64,000 nucleotides of DNA from a virus. Taxonomy: Duplodnaviria > Caudoviricetes. The stretch is from positions 1 through 64,000 of IMG/VR virus record IMGVR_UViG_3300033414_000001; one strand, given 5' to 3'. A program made the translations under genes and the position numbers. Shown one piece after another: positions 53,432-63,196 of this stretch; position 1 is the first letter of the stretch, and every line of letters begins with the position of its first letter. The notes below the pieces were generated by a model, which searched no databases, was not told the DNA's origin, and saw only the letters and a program-made list of their open reading frames with translations.

Positions 53432-54700
53432 TCACTCCTCCATCTCAATGATCTCGCCCCAGTTCGCTGGATTCCGCCGATGCTCGCCGACCAGCAGCCA
53501 GATCGTTCGCATACCCAGCGGAGGATCGGCCGGGCACGCGCCGTCGCCGTCCGTCACAAACAGGAGAACCTGCGGGCGAGGCCTCATCTTCTGCGCTGCC
53601 GCGAAGGCTGGGCCGAAGTCGGTTCCCCCTCCTCCCTTGAGCAGCGGAAGAACCTCCTGCCAGGTCCTCACCTTGCGCATCTCATGCACGGCCGCGTCAG
53701 CGGCGGCGAAGGTGACGTGCGCGGAGGTCTTGGTGAGCACGCCCTTCACCTCGCGCAAGCCGATTGTCAGATCGTCCTTGCCCATGGATCCGCTCGTGTC
53801 GACGATCACCAAGACCTCCGGCTTCGGCGCCATGAGCGCCGGAAGAATGGGACGCCCGGGCCCACATCCTACTCCTCCCTGCCGACGCGAGGGTCGTCCG
53901 TATCGGTAGTCGACGGCGCCCTGGGCCCACTCGACGGAGCTGCGGACGATCTTCGAGAGCTTCGTCTGCCACGGGATTTTCGGCGGGTCGAGCTGCGTGT
54001 CGGCCCAGACCACCCAGCCGCCCGGGGTGGAGCCTCTGCCCTTGCTGGTCTCGGTCTTGACCGCTTCGGCGACGGTTCTGCGCACTCGCTCAAGCTCCGC
54101 TGGCGTGCGCCCTTTCCCGTCCGGATCCGGTTCGCCCGGGAGGGGGCATCCCGCGCCAGAACCGCACCAGCCCGGCCCTGGCCTGTTCGATCCCGCAAGC
54201 CCGGACGGCTTGAGGCGCTTCCTCAGTTCGGCGTAGTACCCCTCGGCGAGGTGCCCGTTTGGCATGCCTCCCGGGTCACCAACGACGGTGAACAGCGACG
54301 CCGGCAGAACCGGTGGAGCACGCGATCCGTCGACGCCCGTCTCAGGGAACCTCCATACGCCCTCCTGCGGGATGTCGTCGTTGATCTCGGCGTCGGCTGC
54401 GACGTTCCAAAGCCGCGCTTCGGTTTGCCCTGTTGCCCTGGCGACTTCCGCGCGGCCCGCGTGTCGGCGCAGCACGTGCCACGCCTCATGGAGCAGAACC
54501 GTTGCGCCCTGCCTAACGGTCCAGGGCCCGCGCAGATCCGGATCGTAAAACAGCCTCCCGTCCGCCGTGACTCCCATGGTCCCGAGCCCTGGGATTTCTC
54601 GGGGCACGAGCGCTAGAAGCACGGCCGTCATGCACGGAGCGTGTCGTCTTGCGTACAGACGGCACGCACTGAGCCACGCAGCGCCAGTCGAAAAGGACAT
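53432..54700 (-). CDS. Putative metallopeptidase / vWA-like (DUF2201-type) protein
   Basis: LLHEAWH, WNVAADAEIN, AEGYY, VDTSGSM MIDAS, TDG. Confidence 0.88.
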   Translation of the reverse strand: MSFSTGAAWLSACRLYARRHAPCMTAVLLALVPREIPGLGTMGVTADGRLFYDPDLRGPWTVRQGATVLLHEAWHVLRRHAGRAEVARATGQTEARLWNVAADAEINDDIPQEGVWRFPETGVDGSRAPPVLPASLFTVVGDPGGMPNGHLAEGYYAELRKRLKPSGLAGSNRPGPGWCGSGAGCPLPGEPDPDGKGRTPAELERVRRTVAEAVKTETSKGRGSTPGGWVVWADTQLDPPKIPWQTKLSKIVRSSVEWAQGAVDYRYGRPSRRQGGVGCGPGRPILPALMAPKPEVLVIVDTSGSMGKDDLTIGLREVKGVLTKTSAHVTFAAADAAVHEMRKVRTWQEVLPLLKGGGGTDFGPAFAAAQKMRPRPQVLLFVTDGDGACPADPPLGMRTIWLLVGEHRRNPANWGEIIEMEE

Positions 54701-54707
54701 GCGCGTC

Positions 54708-55865
54708 TCAGGCGTGGGCCATCTTCAAGGTGGGCGCCATCCTGGCGAGCACTGGTCTGGCCTCTCGGATCGTCTCCCCAAGTCCCGCCTTCACCAGCGC
54801 GACCGCGGCGGGCTCTACGATATCGACGGCGCTCTGCGCGACGCCGCCCATGATGATCCACAGACGAATCGCTCGTCTGTCGCGCTGCTCGGCTTGCGGT
54901 GGGACGACCATCGCGGCGCATGCGCCGAGCACTGCTGCTGTGCGGTCCAGACGATCAGGGTCGTGCTCGAATGGCTCTCTCCCGTCCAGCACCGCGATCG
55001 GGTCCGGCAGCCTCGCGGCGGAGAGCCAGGTGGCGTACTGCTGAGCGGCAGGCGCCCCGACGAAACCAGCGAGTAGCTCATCCGTGTCGCTTTCGTCGAG
55101 CCGATGGATTGAGGCTCCAGCGAGCGCCCGCAATCCCAGTTCCCAAGATCGTGGAGATGGCCACGCGCGGCCACGCGCTGGGTTGCCTTCGGGTGGCTGT
55201 CGACACAGCAGATCCGGGAACGATCGCAGGAACGCCGTCACGCGTCCGGTCGCCACAGCCAAGGCTTCGGGCCATGCCACCATGACGCGGGCCTCTTCTG
55301 CGGCGGCGCTCAGGGGCGCGGCGTCTCCGGAGCCATTGCAGCCCGAGATCGCCCAGGCTCCCCATTCCTCGGCGCTCGGGGTGGGCCAGTCTAGATGCCC
55401 CATGCGATTCGCCTCGGCGGGGTCCATCTCGTAGACCCCGGGCGCGGTCTCGACCGGGTTCGCCGCCGCCACGACGCGCACGTGGCCGCCCAGATAGCTC
55501 GACCCGATCTGGAGCTCGTTCACCAGCCCCAGCAGCGGGGGCTGGATGGCCGGCGCAGCACGATTGATCTCGTCCACGAAAACGATGCCGCGGGCGCCGT
55601 CCCGAAAGTGCTCGACCCAGTCAGGCGGCGGATAGAGCAGCCGGGAGCCGTCCGCGGTCGGCATCGGCACGACACCGAATGCGCCCTCCCCGCGAGAGCC
55701 AGGGCTCAGCGTCTCGACGTGGCCGAACCCAAACTCCTTGGCCGCGTGCTCGATGACCGTGGTCTTGCCGACCCCAGGCCCTCCCCACCAGCAGACCGGG
55801 AGACCCCAGCGACCGCGCCGGCCGGGAGTGAACCAGAGGACCCTGAGAACTCGCTTGATATCCAT
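54708..55865 (-). CDS. MoxR-like AAA+ ATPase
   Basis: GGPGVGKT, FVDEINRA, VAAANP, ANRMGH, PSPRSWE. Confidence 0.9.
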   Translation of the reverse strand: MDIKRVLRVLWFTPGRRGRWGLPVCWWGGPGVGKTTVIEHAAKEFGFGHVETLSPGSRGEGAFGVVPMPTADGSRLLYPPPDWVEHFRDGARGIVFVDEINRAAPAIQPPLLGLVNELQIGSSYLGGHVRVVAAANPVETAPGVYEMDPAEANRMGHLDWPTPSAEEWGAWAISGCNGSGDAAPLSAAAEEARVMVAWPEALAVATGRVTAFLRSFPDLLCRQPPEGNPARGRAWPSPRSWELGLRALAGASIHRLDESDTDELLAGFVGAPAAQQYATWLSAARLPDPIAVLDGREPFEHDPDRLDRTAAVLGACAAMVVPPQAEQRDRRAIRLWIIMGGVAQSAVDIVEPAAVALVKAGLGETIREARPVLARMAPTLKMAHA

Positions 55866-55989
55866 CGCCCTGTCGCCTCTCCTTGGCGCAAACGGATACG
55901 CCTGGTGCCACTCATATGCTCTATAGGCCCACGAGTCAATTGGCGCGCACTGGGCCTAGTAGGTGGACGAGGCGAGCTAGGCGACGTAT

Positions 55990-56247
55990 ATGGAGGCGAT
56001 GACATCTCCGTCGCAGACCGAGATCATGGCCTCAAAGGGATACATGCTCGCCGCCAAAGCGGCCAAAAGGATCGGCTACGCTCCATCGAGCATGTACAAG
56101 CTGATCGGGGCCGGGCAGGTGAGAGAGCTTCGGATCGGTCGCTTCCGGTACGTCCTGATCTCCAGCCTGGTGTCGTACCTAGGAGAGGAGGCCGCCGCCA
56201 TCCTGGGGCTGACATCGGGAAGCGGCGAGCCTAGTGGTCAGGAATAA
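55990..56247 (+). CDS. Excisionase-like HTH DNA-binding protein
   Basis: YMLAAKAAKRIGYAPSSMYKLI..GQV...RIGR. Confidence 0.7.
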   Translation: MEAMTSPSQTEIMASKGYMLAAKAAKRIGYAPSSMYKLIGAGQVRELRIGRFRYVLISSLVSYLGEEAAAILGLTSGSGEPSGQE

Positions 56248-56647
56248 CGGCCGTTGAGTTGATTCGAACCATGAGATCGATGTTGCCGGGCGACGTTCCG
56301 GTCATCATCGCTGCGGCCTCGCGCGCCAGAAACGGCTCGATAGCCTGCCTCCACACGTGGGTCACGGGGCTCAGCAGTCTCATGGTGCTCCGGAGATGCG
56401 AGCACTCGACGAACACCGTGTCACCCCAGCATCCCATCAGGACAGGCACCACTAGGCCGTCGTTGGCTTGGGCTAGCAGACGATCCACCATCAGCAGGTG
56501 AGCATCCATCGCCGGGATCCCGATACCTTTCCCTGATTTGCTGATCATCTGGCCTAGGCTGAGCCCATCCAAACCTTCGGCCGCCTCCCCGATAGGTACC
56601 CATGTCGCGAGCTTACGGGCGCAGCCGATGCACGCCGATTCCGTCAC
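56231..56647 (-). CDS. Hypothetical protein
   Basis: 138-aa ORF with Cys pairs. Confidence 0.45.
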   Translation of the reverse strand: MTESACIGCARKLATWVPIGEAAEGLDGLSLGQMISKSGKGIGIPAMDAHLLMVDRLLAQANDGLVVPVLMGCWGDTVFVECSHLRSTMRLLSPVTHVWRQAIEPFLAREAAAMMTGTSPGNIDLMVRINSTAVIPDH

Positions 56648-56927
56648 TCGCTACTCCCGGGGCTGAACCTCGCCGCACTCGTTGCATCGCTCCATCGCCC
56701 CAATTGGAGCGCAGGGCCGGTCGCACCGGTAACACCATGCGACATGCGCGAGCAGGGCCAGGGGGCGCTCGACAGGGATCTCCGCCGTCTGGGACGGAAC
56801 GGGAAGCGGAGGCATCTGTCGGCGGACGGAACGCATGGCGAGCACGCGGACACACTAGCACACCGGGCGGATTGGTCAATTGCGGCGCGCATGTGCGCAG
56901 ATTCAGCGGCGAGCCGAGCCGGCATGG

Positions 56928-57344
56928 CTACCCCCTGCCCCGACGCGAGGCGGAGCCGAGAGCGGCCTCCTGCATCCGGGCGTAGCACCGCGGCGCCTTG
57001 CCGGTCGGCGCCTCCTCTCGGTAGAGCGCCTCCAGCTCGCCCCAGACCTCCACCAGCGGCGCCCACCTCGGGTAGCGGAGAGCCACCTCTGGCATCCTGG
57101 ATCGCCAGGCCGGGAATCGGTCCAGCAGACGGACGCATCGGCCGAGGTCGTCAGGATCGTGTGGCGTATCATACCACCCGTACGACCCGGGAAAGCCGGT
57201 CATCACCGACCAGATCGTGGCGCTGGAGACCCCCGTGTCGCCGCTGGCGAGCCATGCCTGCTCAGCGGAGATCCGACTTCGTTCGGCGCGGACCACCTCC
57301 TCCCGCTCTCCCAGGGTCATCGGCCCAGAGGACGCGTCACGCAT
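56928..57344 (-). CDS. Conserved phage hypothetical protein
   Basis: GDTGVSSATIW...PHDPDDLGRC..LL..FP motif. Confidence 0.7.
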   Translation of the reverse strand: MRDASSGPMTLGEREEVVRAERSRISAEQAWLASGDTGVSSATIWSVMTGFPGSYGWYDTPHDPDDLGRCVRLLDRFPAWRSRMPEVALRYPRWAPLVEVWGELEALYREEAPTGKAPRCYARMQEAALGSASRRGRG

Positions 57345-57657
57345 GGCTACCTCCCGTCCCCCCGTGATCGTCCATTTGCCCGCACGTCGGGCGCTTAGGC
57401 TTCCGGGCCTTACTGATCCGCTCCTGGATGGCCTCGGCATCCCTCCGGCGCAAAGAGGCGCGCCAGAGGTGTTCGCCCCCCGCGGCCTCGATCTGCGCCG
57501 CCTCGGCGCGCAGATCGTCGCGCTCCGCCTCCATGGCCGAGATCCTCTCTTGCTGCGTCCCGAGCGCCTCCCACGCGGCTAGCCCCGCATCCTTCGCTCG
57601 CCGCAGATCGCGCATCAGTTGTGCGTACTCCAGCGCCTTCTCTCGTTCGGTCCCCAT
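57337..57657 (-). CDS. Coiled-coil hypothetical protein
   Basis: Start MGTEREK; packed in the leftward chain. Confidence 0.5.
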   Translation of the reverse strand: MGTEREKALEYAQLMRDLRRAKDAGLAAWEALGTQQERISAMEAERDDLRAEAAQIEAAGGEHLWRASLRRRDAEAIQERISKARKPKRPTCGQMDDHGGTGGSHA

Positions 57658-58919
57658 TACCCCTCCTCGGGCTTTCCGCCCTGAGTGAGCGCGGTGCGCG
57701 CGGCCTCTTGGGCTGCGTTCAGGCGCTCCAGCGCGACGCGGTGGGCGGCCTCGGCCTCGTTGATGGGCTTCATGTCGGCGGCGCACTGCTCGTCGATCCG
57801 CCGCTGCTCGTCTGGCGGAAGGGACGACATCAGCACGGCGTTTCGGGACATTCGCTGGGGAGCAGGGCCCCATTCCCGGGACTTCTTCGCTCGCACTCGC
57901 GCTGCGTTCTTGGCCTCCGCTCGCTCGACTCGCAGCGCGTCGGCCCATTCCCGCAGCGCCTCCCGGAGACGGTCACGCTCGGTCTCGGCTGCGGTGGCGC
58001 GATCCAGCAACGTCACAACGCGGGCCCGCGCCTCCGGATACGGGAGCCCGACCTGTCCGGCTTCGTCGAGCGCCGCGACCAGAGGGTAGACGTGCTCGCT
58101 CCAGTTCACCTTCTGTGATCCGATGATGCTATTCCGGATCGCGTTGATCTTGGCCAGCGCCGCCCCGGCCTTCTCGGCGCGCGCCTCCGCCTCGTCCAAG
58201 AGGTGGTGCGCGTGAACCAGATTGACCACCGTGCAGTGGCAGTGGTCGTACCAGGCCGCGCAGTCGCCGGGATCGTGATGCGGCGCGCCGACCAGGTAGG
58301 CGCGCCCCGCTATCTCCGTCTGCTCGGCCATGGCAGTGGCGCGCGCCTCGGCCTTTGTGCCGCGCTCCATCCACTCGGCGCCCTTGATCTCGGCGGCAAC
58401 GCGGCGATCCTCCTCGGCGGCGAGCAGCTCGCGCTCCTTGGCGACCGCCGCAACGGCTTGGTCGCGGGCCGCGCGCACCCCGGCGGCGGCCGCCTCGGCC
58501 TTCTCGGCGCGGTCCTTCGCCGCCCTGGCCGAGGACCGGGTCAGGGAGAGCTGCTCTACGAGCTCCTCCACGTCGTCCAGGAGGGCCGGTATTGCGGCCG
58601 GCGCCTCTTCGATCAGCTTGGCATCGGGGTGGTCGAGCAGCCGGAACCAATCCTCGTGGTGCTCTCGGCCGGGGGCGAGCGCGGTCAACTCCTGCACGTG
58701 GGCCATGACGCCGATGCGGCCATCACGGACTGCGAATTGGGGCGCTGCTCCGCCCATTCCCCAGCGCACGAAACGCATCACCGTGAGATCGAATCGCGGG
58801 ATGCCGCCGCACAGCTTCACCTCCTTGGATTTGAGGCTGACCTCCCAGCGCCACGGGCCCTTGGTCGCCGCTTCAAGCAGCGCCCGCCACTTCGCCCTCT
58901 GCTCTGCTGTCGTATTCAC
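57657..58919 (-). CDS. Ead/Ea22-like mosaic coiled-coil protein
   Basis: LEAATKGPW...DAKLIEEAPAAIPALLDDVE. Confidence 0.65.
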   Translation of the reverse strand: MNTTAEQRAKWRALLEAATKGPWRWEVSLKSKEVKLCGGIPRFDLTVMRFVRWGMGGAAPQFAVRDGRIGVMAHVQELTALAPGREHHEDWFRLLDHPDAKLIEEAPAAIPALLDDVEELVEQLSLTRSSARAAKDRAEKAEAAAAGVRAARDQAVAAVAKERELLAAEEDRRVAAEIKGAEWMERGTKAEARATAMAEQTEIAGRAYLVGAPHHDPGDCAAWYDHCHCTVVNLVHAHHLLDEAEARAEKAGAALAKINAIRNSIIGSQKVNWSEHVYPLVAALDEAGQVGLPYPEARARVVTLLDRATAAETERDRLREALREWADALRVERAEAKNAARVRAKKSREWGPAPQRMSRNAVLMSSLPPDEQRRIDEQCAADMKPINEAEAAHRVALERLNAAQEAARTALTQGGKPEEG

Positions 58920-59476
58920 GGTGAGTCCTCCGCATCCTCGACTTCGGCGGCGCCTTCGCTACCCTGCTCAACCGCACTACTGAACGCCGCGTCGAAAAGC
59001 CGATGGATTGGCGTCGTGCCCTGCTCGTCCTCGTCGTTGAGCGCCCGAACCACGTCGCGCGCAAACGCAACGGCGTTGGTCACCTTCCAGCCATCGGTAG
59101 GGATGCACCCGAGGTCGACTCCTGCCCGGTAAGCCTTCGGGATGTTCACGACGGGGAGACGGATAACGATGCTCCCCTGCTCGATGCTGGCCTCAGCGCT
59201 GCGCTTCTGCGTGCTCCGCGGGCCGCCCCTCCGCCCGTCGCCCGACGACGCAGCATCCAGGCGAGCGAGAGCGCGCGTCAGATTTCCGGTGGCCGGGTCG
59301 GCGTCGGTCTTGCGCGCCTCCCTCGCCACGGCCCGCAGGCCGTCCAGCTCGGCCTCGGCGATCCGGAGTATCTGGAGGTCCCCGGCCTTGCGCCGCGTCG
59401 GCAGGGGACGCTCGGCCAGATCTCGAAGATCGGACAGGAGGGCCGTCAGCACGGGCGCCTCCTTGCGCCGCCTCAT
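58916..59476 (-). CDS. Hypothetical protein
   Basis: Overlap-coupled; DEQGTTPIHRLFD. Confidence 0.5.
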   Translation of the reverse strand: MRRRKEAPVLTALLSDLRDLAERPLPTRRKAGDLQILRIAEAELDGLRAVAREARKTDADPATGNLTRALARLDAASSGDGRRGGPRSTQKRSAEASIEQGSIVIRLPVVNIPKAYRAGVDLGCIPTDGWKVTNAVAFARDVVRALNDEDEQGTTPIHRLFDAAFSSAVEQGSEGAAEVEDAEDSP

Positions 59477-60477
59477 CTCGCCTCCCCCGGCATCTCGCGG
59501 ACGCGCAGATCCTCGGGCCACTCGGCGGGATCGCCACCCTTGCGGTCGCGCAGGCGCTGAGAGACCAGCGGCGCGGCCTCATCGGGGACGCGCAGCGAGT
59601 GCCCAGCGAGGCCGTTGGGCGGGTCCATCGCCGCCGCTCCGAGCTGCTTCACGAAGCACGGAACCTGAGCCTCTCGGCACTGGCGGACGATCGAGCGGAT
59701 CCACGCCAGGTCGCACGGCCTCGCGCCGGGGCCGCTCTCTCCGCCGACGATGACCCAGCCGATCCCGGTCAGGTCGATTTCCCCGAGGTCTTCGAGCAGC
59801 GGCTCAAGGGACAAGAATCGCAGCGCGGCCGGAGTCGCGCGCAGGTGGTCCAGCCTGGCAAGCGCGGCGCGGTTCTCGATGGAGGAGCCCAGCCAAACGT
59901 TCGGGAGCGGCCAGCCGAAACCGGACAGATCGTCGCCCTCGTCGACCTCCTCGGGCACGAGATCGCGAGCAAGCGCGGATTCTGCCTCGCCCACCGTCTG
60001 ACAGGCGTACCAGTGAGCGTCCGGCTGCTGCGGCATCCCGTCCGCGACGTACTGCGCCTGGAGCGTCGCGACGAAGCGTGCCTGCCGCGCGAACCACGCG
60101 GCCATCCGCTCCGGGCGCTTGGTGAGCACCTGGAACGTGTGCTGCGGGCAAACGGCCATCACCCCGAAGACCGCGGAGATGAACTTGTCCGGAACCTCCG
60201 GATGGAAAAGGTCACTCATCGAATTGACGAAGATCCGCCGCGGCTTCCGCCACCGCATCGGCAGATCGAGCGCCTCGGGAACCAGCCGCAGATCGCCGGT
60301 CCAGCGCGGGCCGTCCTTCGTCGGCCGCGTCAGGCCCTCGAAGGGCATTCCCTTGCCGGAGAAGCGGTGCGCCATGCGCTCGGCGTAGCAGCCGCCGCAG
60401 CCTAGCGAGACCCGGCTACAGCCCCGCGTCACGGTCCAGGTGGCATCGGTCCATTGGATCTTGGTGCCGTCGCTCAT
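59473..60477 (-). CDS. Phage Gp37/Gp68 (DUF5131) family protein
   Basis: IQWTDATW...GCSRVSLGCGGCYA, IFVNSMSDLFH, QVLTKRP, FLSLEPLL, WVIVGGESG, FVKQLG. Confidence 0.92.
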   Translation of the reverse strand: MSDGTKIQWTDATWTVTRGCSRVSLGCGGCYAERMAHRFSGKGMPFEGLTRPTKDGPRWTGDLRLVPEALDLPMRWRKPRRIFVNSMSDLFHPEVPDKFISAVFGVMAVCPQHTFQVLTKRPERMAAWFARQARFVATLQAQYVADGMPQQPDAHWYACQTVGEAESALARDLVPEEVDEGDDLSGFGWPLPNVWLGSSIENRAALARLDHLRATPAALRFLSLEPLLEDLGEIDLTGIGWVIVGGESGPGARPCDLAWIRSIVRQCREAQVPCFVKQLGAAAMDPPNGLAGHSLRVPDEAAPLVSQRLRDRKGGDPAEWPEDLRVREMPGEAR

Positions 60478-60842
60478 GGGCGACCCCTACGCAGCGGCGC
60501 CAGCAGGTCGCGCAGCGCGGTCAGTGTCTCTATCGATGCCGAGTCCAATTTCGCGCGGTCCAGATTGCCTGCGGACGTCCAGACCTCGACAGCTAGCCGT
60601 CGCTTGGCAGTCAGGGCTTCGATCTCCGGCGTCCAGGGCTCCAGCCTAGCGTAGCCACACTCTCCGCCGCTAGAAAACAGCAGATGCGGGGCGCACCGCA
60701 CACGCAGGCGTCCGCCGGCAGTGATCTTGCCCACCGCGGACTTGTCGTAGGTGATGTACGGTCCGTAGTCGGCGATCACCACCGCTACCTCGTCACCAAC
60801 CTTGAGCGTCGCCACCCATGCCTTCCGCTCTTCTGGCGTCAT
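60474..60842 (-). CDS. Hypothetical protein
   Basis: LKVGDEV motif; overlap-coupled. Confidence 0.55.
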   Translation of the reverse strand: MTPEERKAWVATLKVGDEVAVVIADYGPYITYDKSAVGKITAGGRLRVRCAPHLLFSSGGECGYARLEPWTPEIEALTAKRRLAVEVWTSAGNLDRAKLDSASIETLTALRDLLAPLRRGRP

Positions 60843-61317
60843 GCTTCCCTCCGTGAATCTGCGGTCATCGCCACGTACTGCGCCCAGTGCTCGTCACACG
60901 CCCACGTCTCATGGGCGACGACCTTCATCTGCGCGCCGGCCAGCGACGCGAAGTGGCTTCCCGCCAACCTCATCGTTGCCGGCGCTCGACAGGTGTACGG
61001 GGTCTTGCCGTCGAGGGCCCAATGGCAGGGATGCGGGCCGTCTCCTGCGTGACCGCAGCGGCAAGGGATCATGCGCCACCCCGGTCGCGTCGGTCGCGGT
61101 GGTCGGGATGGGAGAACTCGTATTCGCGGCGCTCCCTTCGGAGCCACCCAGGGAGCCAGCCCGGATCGTCCATCTCGATCGCCGTCAGCATCGACCCCTC
61201 TAGCGTCTGGGGCCAGCAGACGCACTCCCACGACTCTCCGCTGACGATGAAATACCCGGACCCATTGCACTCGTCGCACGGACCCATTCTGCTCTCGAAG
61301 TCCTCTTGGGTTTCCAT
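60839..61317 (-). other. Two small Zn-finger-like ORFs (60839-61072, 61069-61317)
   Basis: CRCGH..HPCH..C / CDECNG..CVC; ATGA overlap. Confidence 0.5.
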
Positions 61318-61382
61318 GTGTCGCTCCGACGCCCCGCCTCGCACAGCCCCCTGCGACTGCGCGAGGCGGGGATAGGGTTGGA

Positions 61383-61727
61383 CTACTGGAGCGCCCTGGC
61401 GATGGCCAGGAAGAGCGCGTCCTTCCGCTTCTGCTCCTCGGGCAGTTCGTCGTACGGCACGAAGCAGGGATGCTCCTTCTTCTCCGGGTCCTTGACCGGC
61501 CCGTACTTCCAGCCGGCGGCCTCCTTCTCGGCCAGCCACGAGTTGTGCGAATCGGCCGGCGTGGCGCCTGGATTGGCCCAGGCGTGCTCGACGCCGTGGA
61601 TGGCGCTGTCGCGCTGCCAGACCGAAGCGGCCCCCCAAGGAGGCTGGGGCGTGTCGCCCAGCGTCTGACAGTACGCTCGGTTCGCCTCGTGACAGACCTT
61701 GGCTACCTCGATTGCGTGTGCGTACAT
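61383..61727 (-). CDS. RyR-domain protein
   Basis: HNSW..EK...GWKYGPVKD.EKKEHPCFVPYDELPEEQK.KD. Confidence 0.9.
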   Translation of the reverse strand: MYAHAIEVAKVCHEANRAYCQTLGDTPQPPWGAASVWQRDSAIHGVEHAWANPGATPADSHNSWLAEKEAAGWKYGPVKDPEKKEHPCFVPYDELPEEQKRKDALFLAIARALQ

Positions 61728-61735
61728 GCTGGCTC

Positions 61736-61942
61736 CTACGAGAGCAGCGACACCGCCGAGATCGACAGCGCCTTCGCCAGCATCTCCAGCGTGTCGAGCG
61801 GAGGAGAGCGCTCCCCGCGCTCAAGCATGGAAATATACGAAACAGACAGCCCCGCCTTCTGCGCGAGCGCCTCCTGAGAGAGCTTCCGGCGGAGACGTTC
61901 GTTGCGGAAATTCGTCGCGAACTTGTCAGCGAGTGATGCCAT
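61736..61942 (-). CDS. XRE-family HTH regulator
   Basis: RLRRKLSQEALAQKAGLSVSYISMLERGERSP; AGGAGG RBS; TTGACG-17 bp-TACGGT upstream. Confidence 0.9.
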   Translation of the reverse strand: MASLADKFATNFRNERLRRKLSQEALAQKAGLSVSYISMLERGERSPPLDTLEMLAKALSISAVSLLS

Positions 61943-62195
61943 GGGTGTCCCTCCTGTTGCGTGGAACTTCGAGCCCCCGGAACCGTATGCTATCTGTCCG
62001 CGTACGTCAAGTGCGGTGACTACGAGAACGGCGGCGCGTCTCTTGATTCGAGCGCGCGGATCGCCTCGTTGCCCACGCGCATCGGCGCAGCGATCGATTC
62101 GAGTTGAGAGCGCAGCAGCGAGCATTCGCAGCAGACGCCGGCCGCAGTCTCCATCGTGTCCAGCGGCACCTCGCAATCCGGGCAGCACTCGGTCG

Positions 62196-62591
62196 TCATG
62201 GCTCGACCCCCGCGGCGCGATAGACGCGCGTTTCGGCGTCATCGACCCAGCGCAGCAACCGCACAAGGTTGGACGACAGATCGTGCCCCACGGGCAGATC
62301 TCCGCGCAGGGCCAGCGCCACGCATCGGCCGCCCGCGGCGAACCACGGCTCGGCCTCCGCTCGGCATACCCTCGCGTAGCATCTGGCCAGTCCGCGCAGC
62401 ACCTCGGCCCACGAGGCTCCGCTGACGTGAGTACCGATCCCTAGATGTGCGTACCCATGCAGGGAGCCGACACTGGCGTCGACATGGATCTCCCCGGTGG
62501 GGGCCTTCAGCGTGCGGGCCTGAACATTCGGCCCTCCGACGAAGCGAGCCGCAGCGAGCACCTGCTCTTGCGTTACGTCTCCCATGGTCAT
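62196..62591 (-). CDS. Hypothetical protein
   Basis: GGAAGG RBS, packed chain. Confidence 0.5.
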   Translation of the reverse strand: MTMGDVTQEQVLAAARFVGGPNVQARTLKAPTGEIHVDASVGSLHGYAHLGIGTHVSGASWAEVLRGLARCYARVCRAEAEPWFAAGGRCVALALRGDLPVGHDLSSNLVRLLRWVDDAETRVYRAAGVEP

Positions 62592-62944
62592 TCCTTCCCG
62601 TCCACGCCCGGAGCCCGAGCGCGCCACGGCACGCTGATGGCGACATAGATGGTGCCGGCGTGGTCCATGAAGCAGCGCGGATCCAGCGCGCCCATGTGGT
62701 TGCGCAGCAGAGTGATATCGTGCCAGTCGCGCTTGCACTTATCGCACGCGTTGAGCATGCGTTCGCCATGCTCGCACACGGCAAACTCGTACGCCTTCGC
62801 CCGCGCCTCCGCCAACGCCGCGTGCATGATCGCGGACTTCTCGTCCGGATACACCGCCACATCCCAGTCAAGTCGATCGGAATGGTCCCCGGTTGAGGCT
62901 GCGACTACCCAAACCGTGGCCGGCGTTCGCTTGGTCACGCCCAT
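62588..62944 (-). CDS. Hypothetical protein
   Basis: TGDHSDRLDWDVAVY motif; ATGA overlap. Confidence 0.55.
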   Translation of the reverse strand: MGVTKRTPATVWVVAASTGDHSDRLDWDVAVYPDEKSAIMHAALAEARAKAYEFAVCEHGERMLNACDKCKRDWHDITLLRNHMGALDPRCFMDHAGTIYVAISVPWRARAPGVDGKE

Positions 62945-63196
62945 GAGCATCTCTGTTGGTGCAGCTCGCAGATCGCCTCCGCCCACTTCTCCGCCGTGCG
63001 CACGTCACGCACCGGGATCCCGATCCGCCCCGCCTCGGCGATCTCCGCCCTCATGCCGCCGGAATCCTCCGAACGCCACGGCGGAAGGGCGGCCCACAGC
63101 GCATCGCACGTGGCGAGCATGCGCAGGCCGATCCGCACGCCGGCCGCGCGGCGCTTCGGCCAGCGGTGACGCCAGGTAGATGAGCGGGCGCTTCAT
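62935..63196 (-). pseudogene. Frameshifted, internally shortened DUF4406/DUF7768-like gene
   Basis: IYLASPL in one frame; RIGLRMLATCDALW...SGGMRAEIAEA.RIGIPV in another, only a few codons apart. Confidence 0.6.

Noticed and set aside
55911-55939. TTGACT-17-TATGAG promoter for the MoxR operon
   Set aside because: The -10 lacks the conserved final T; too weak to list as a feature
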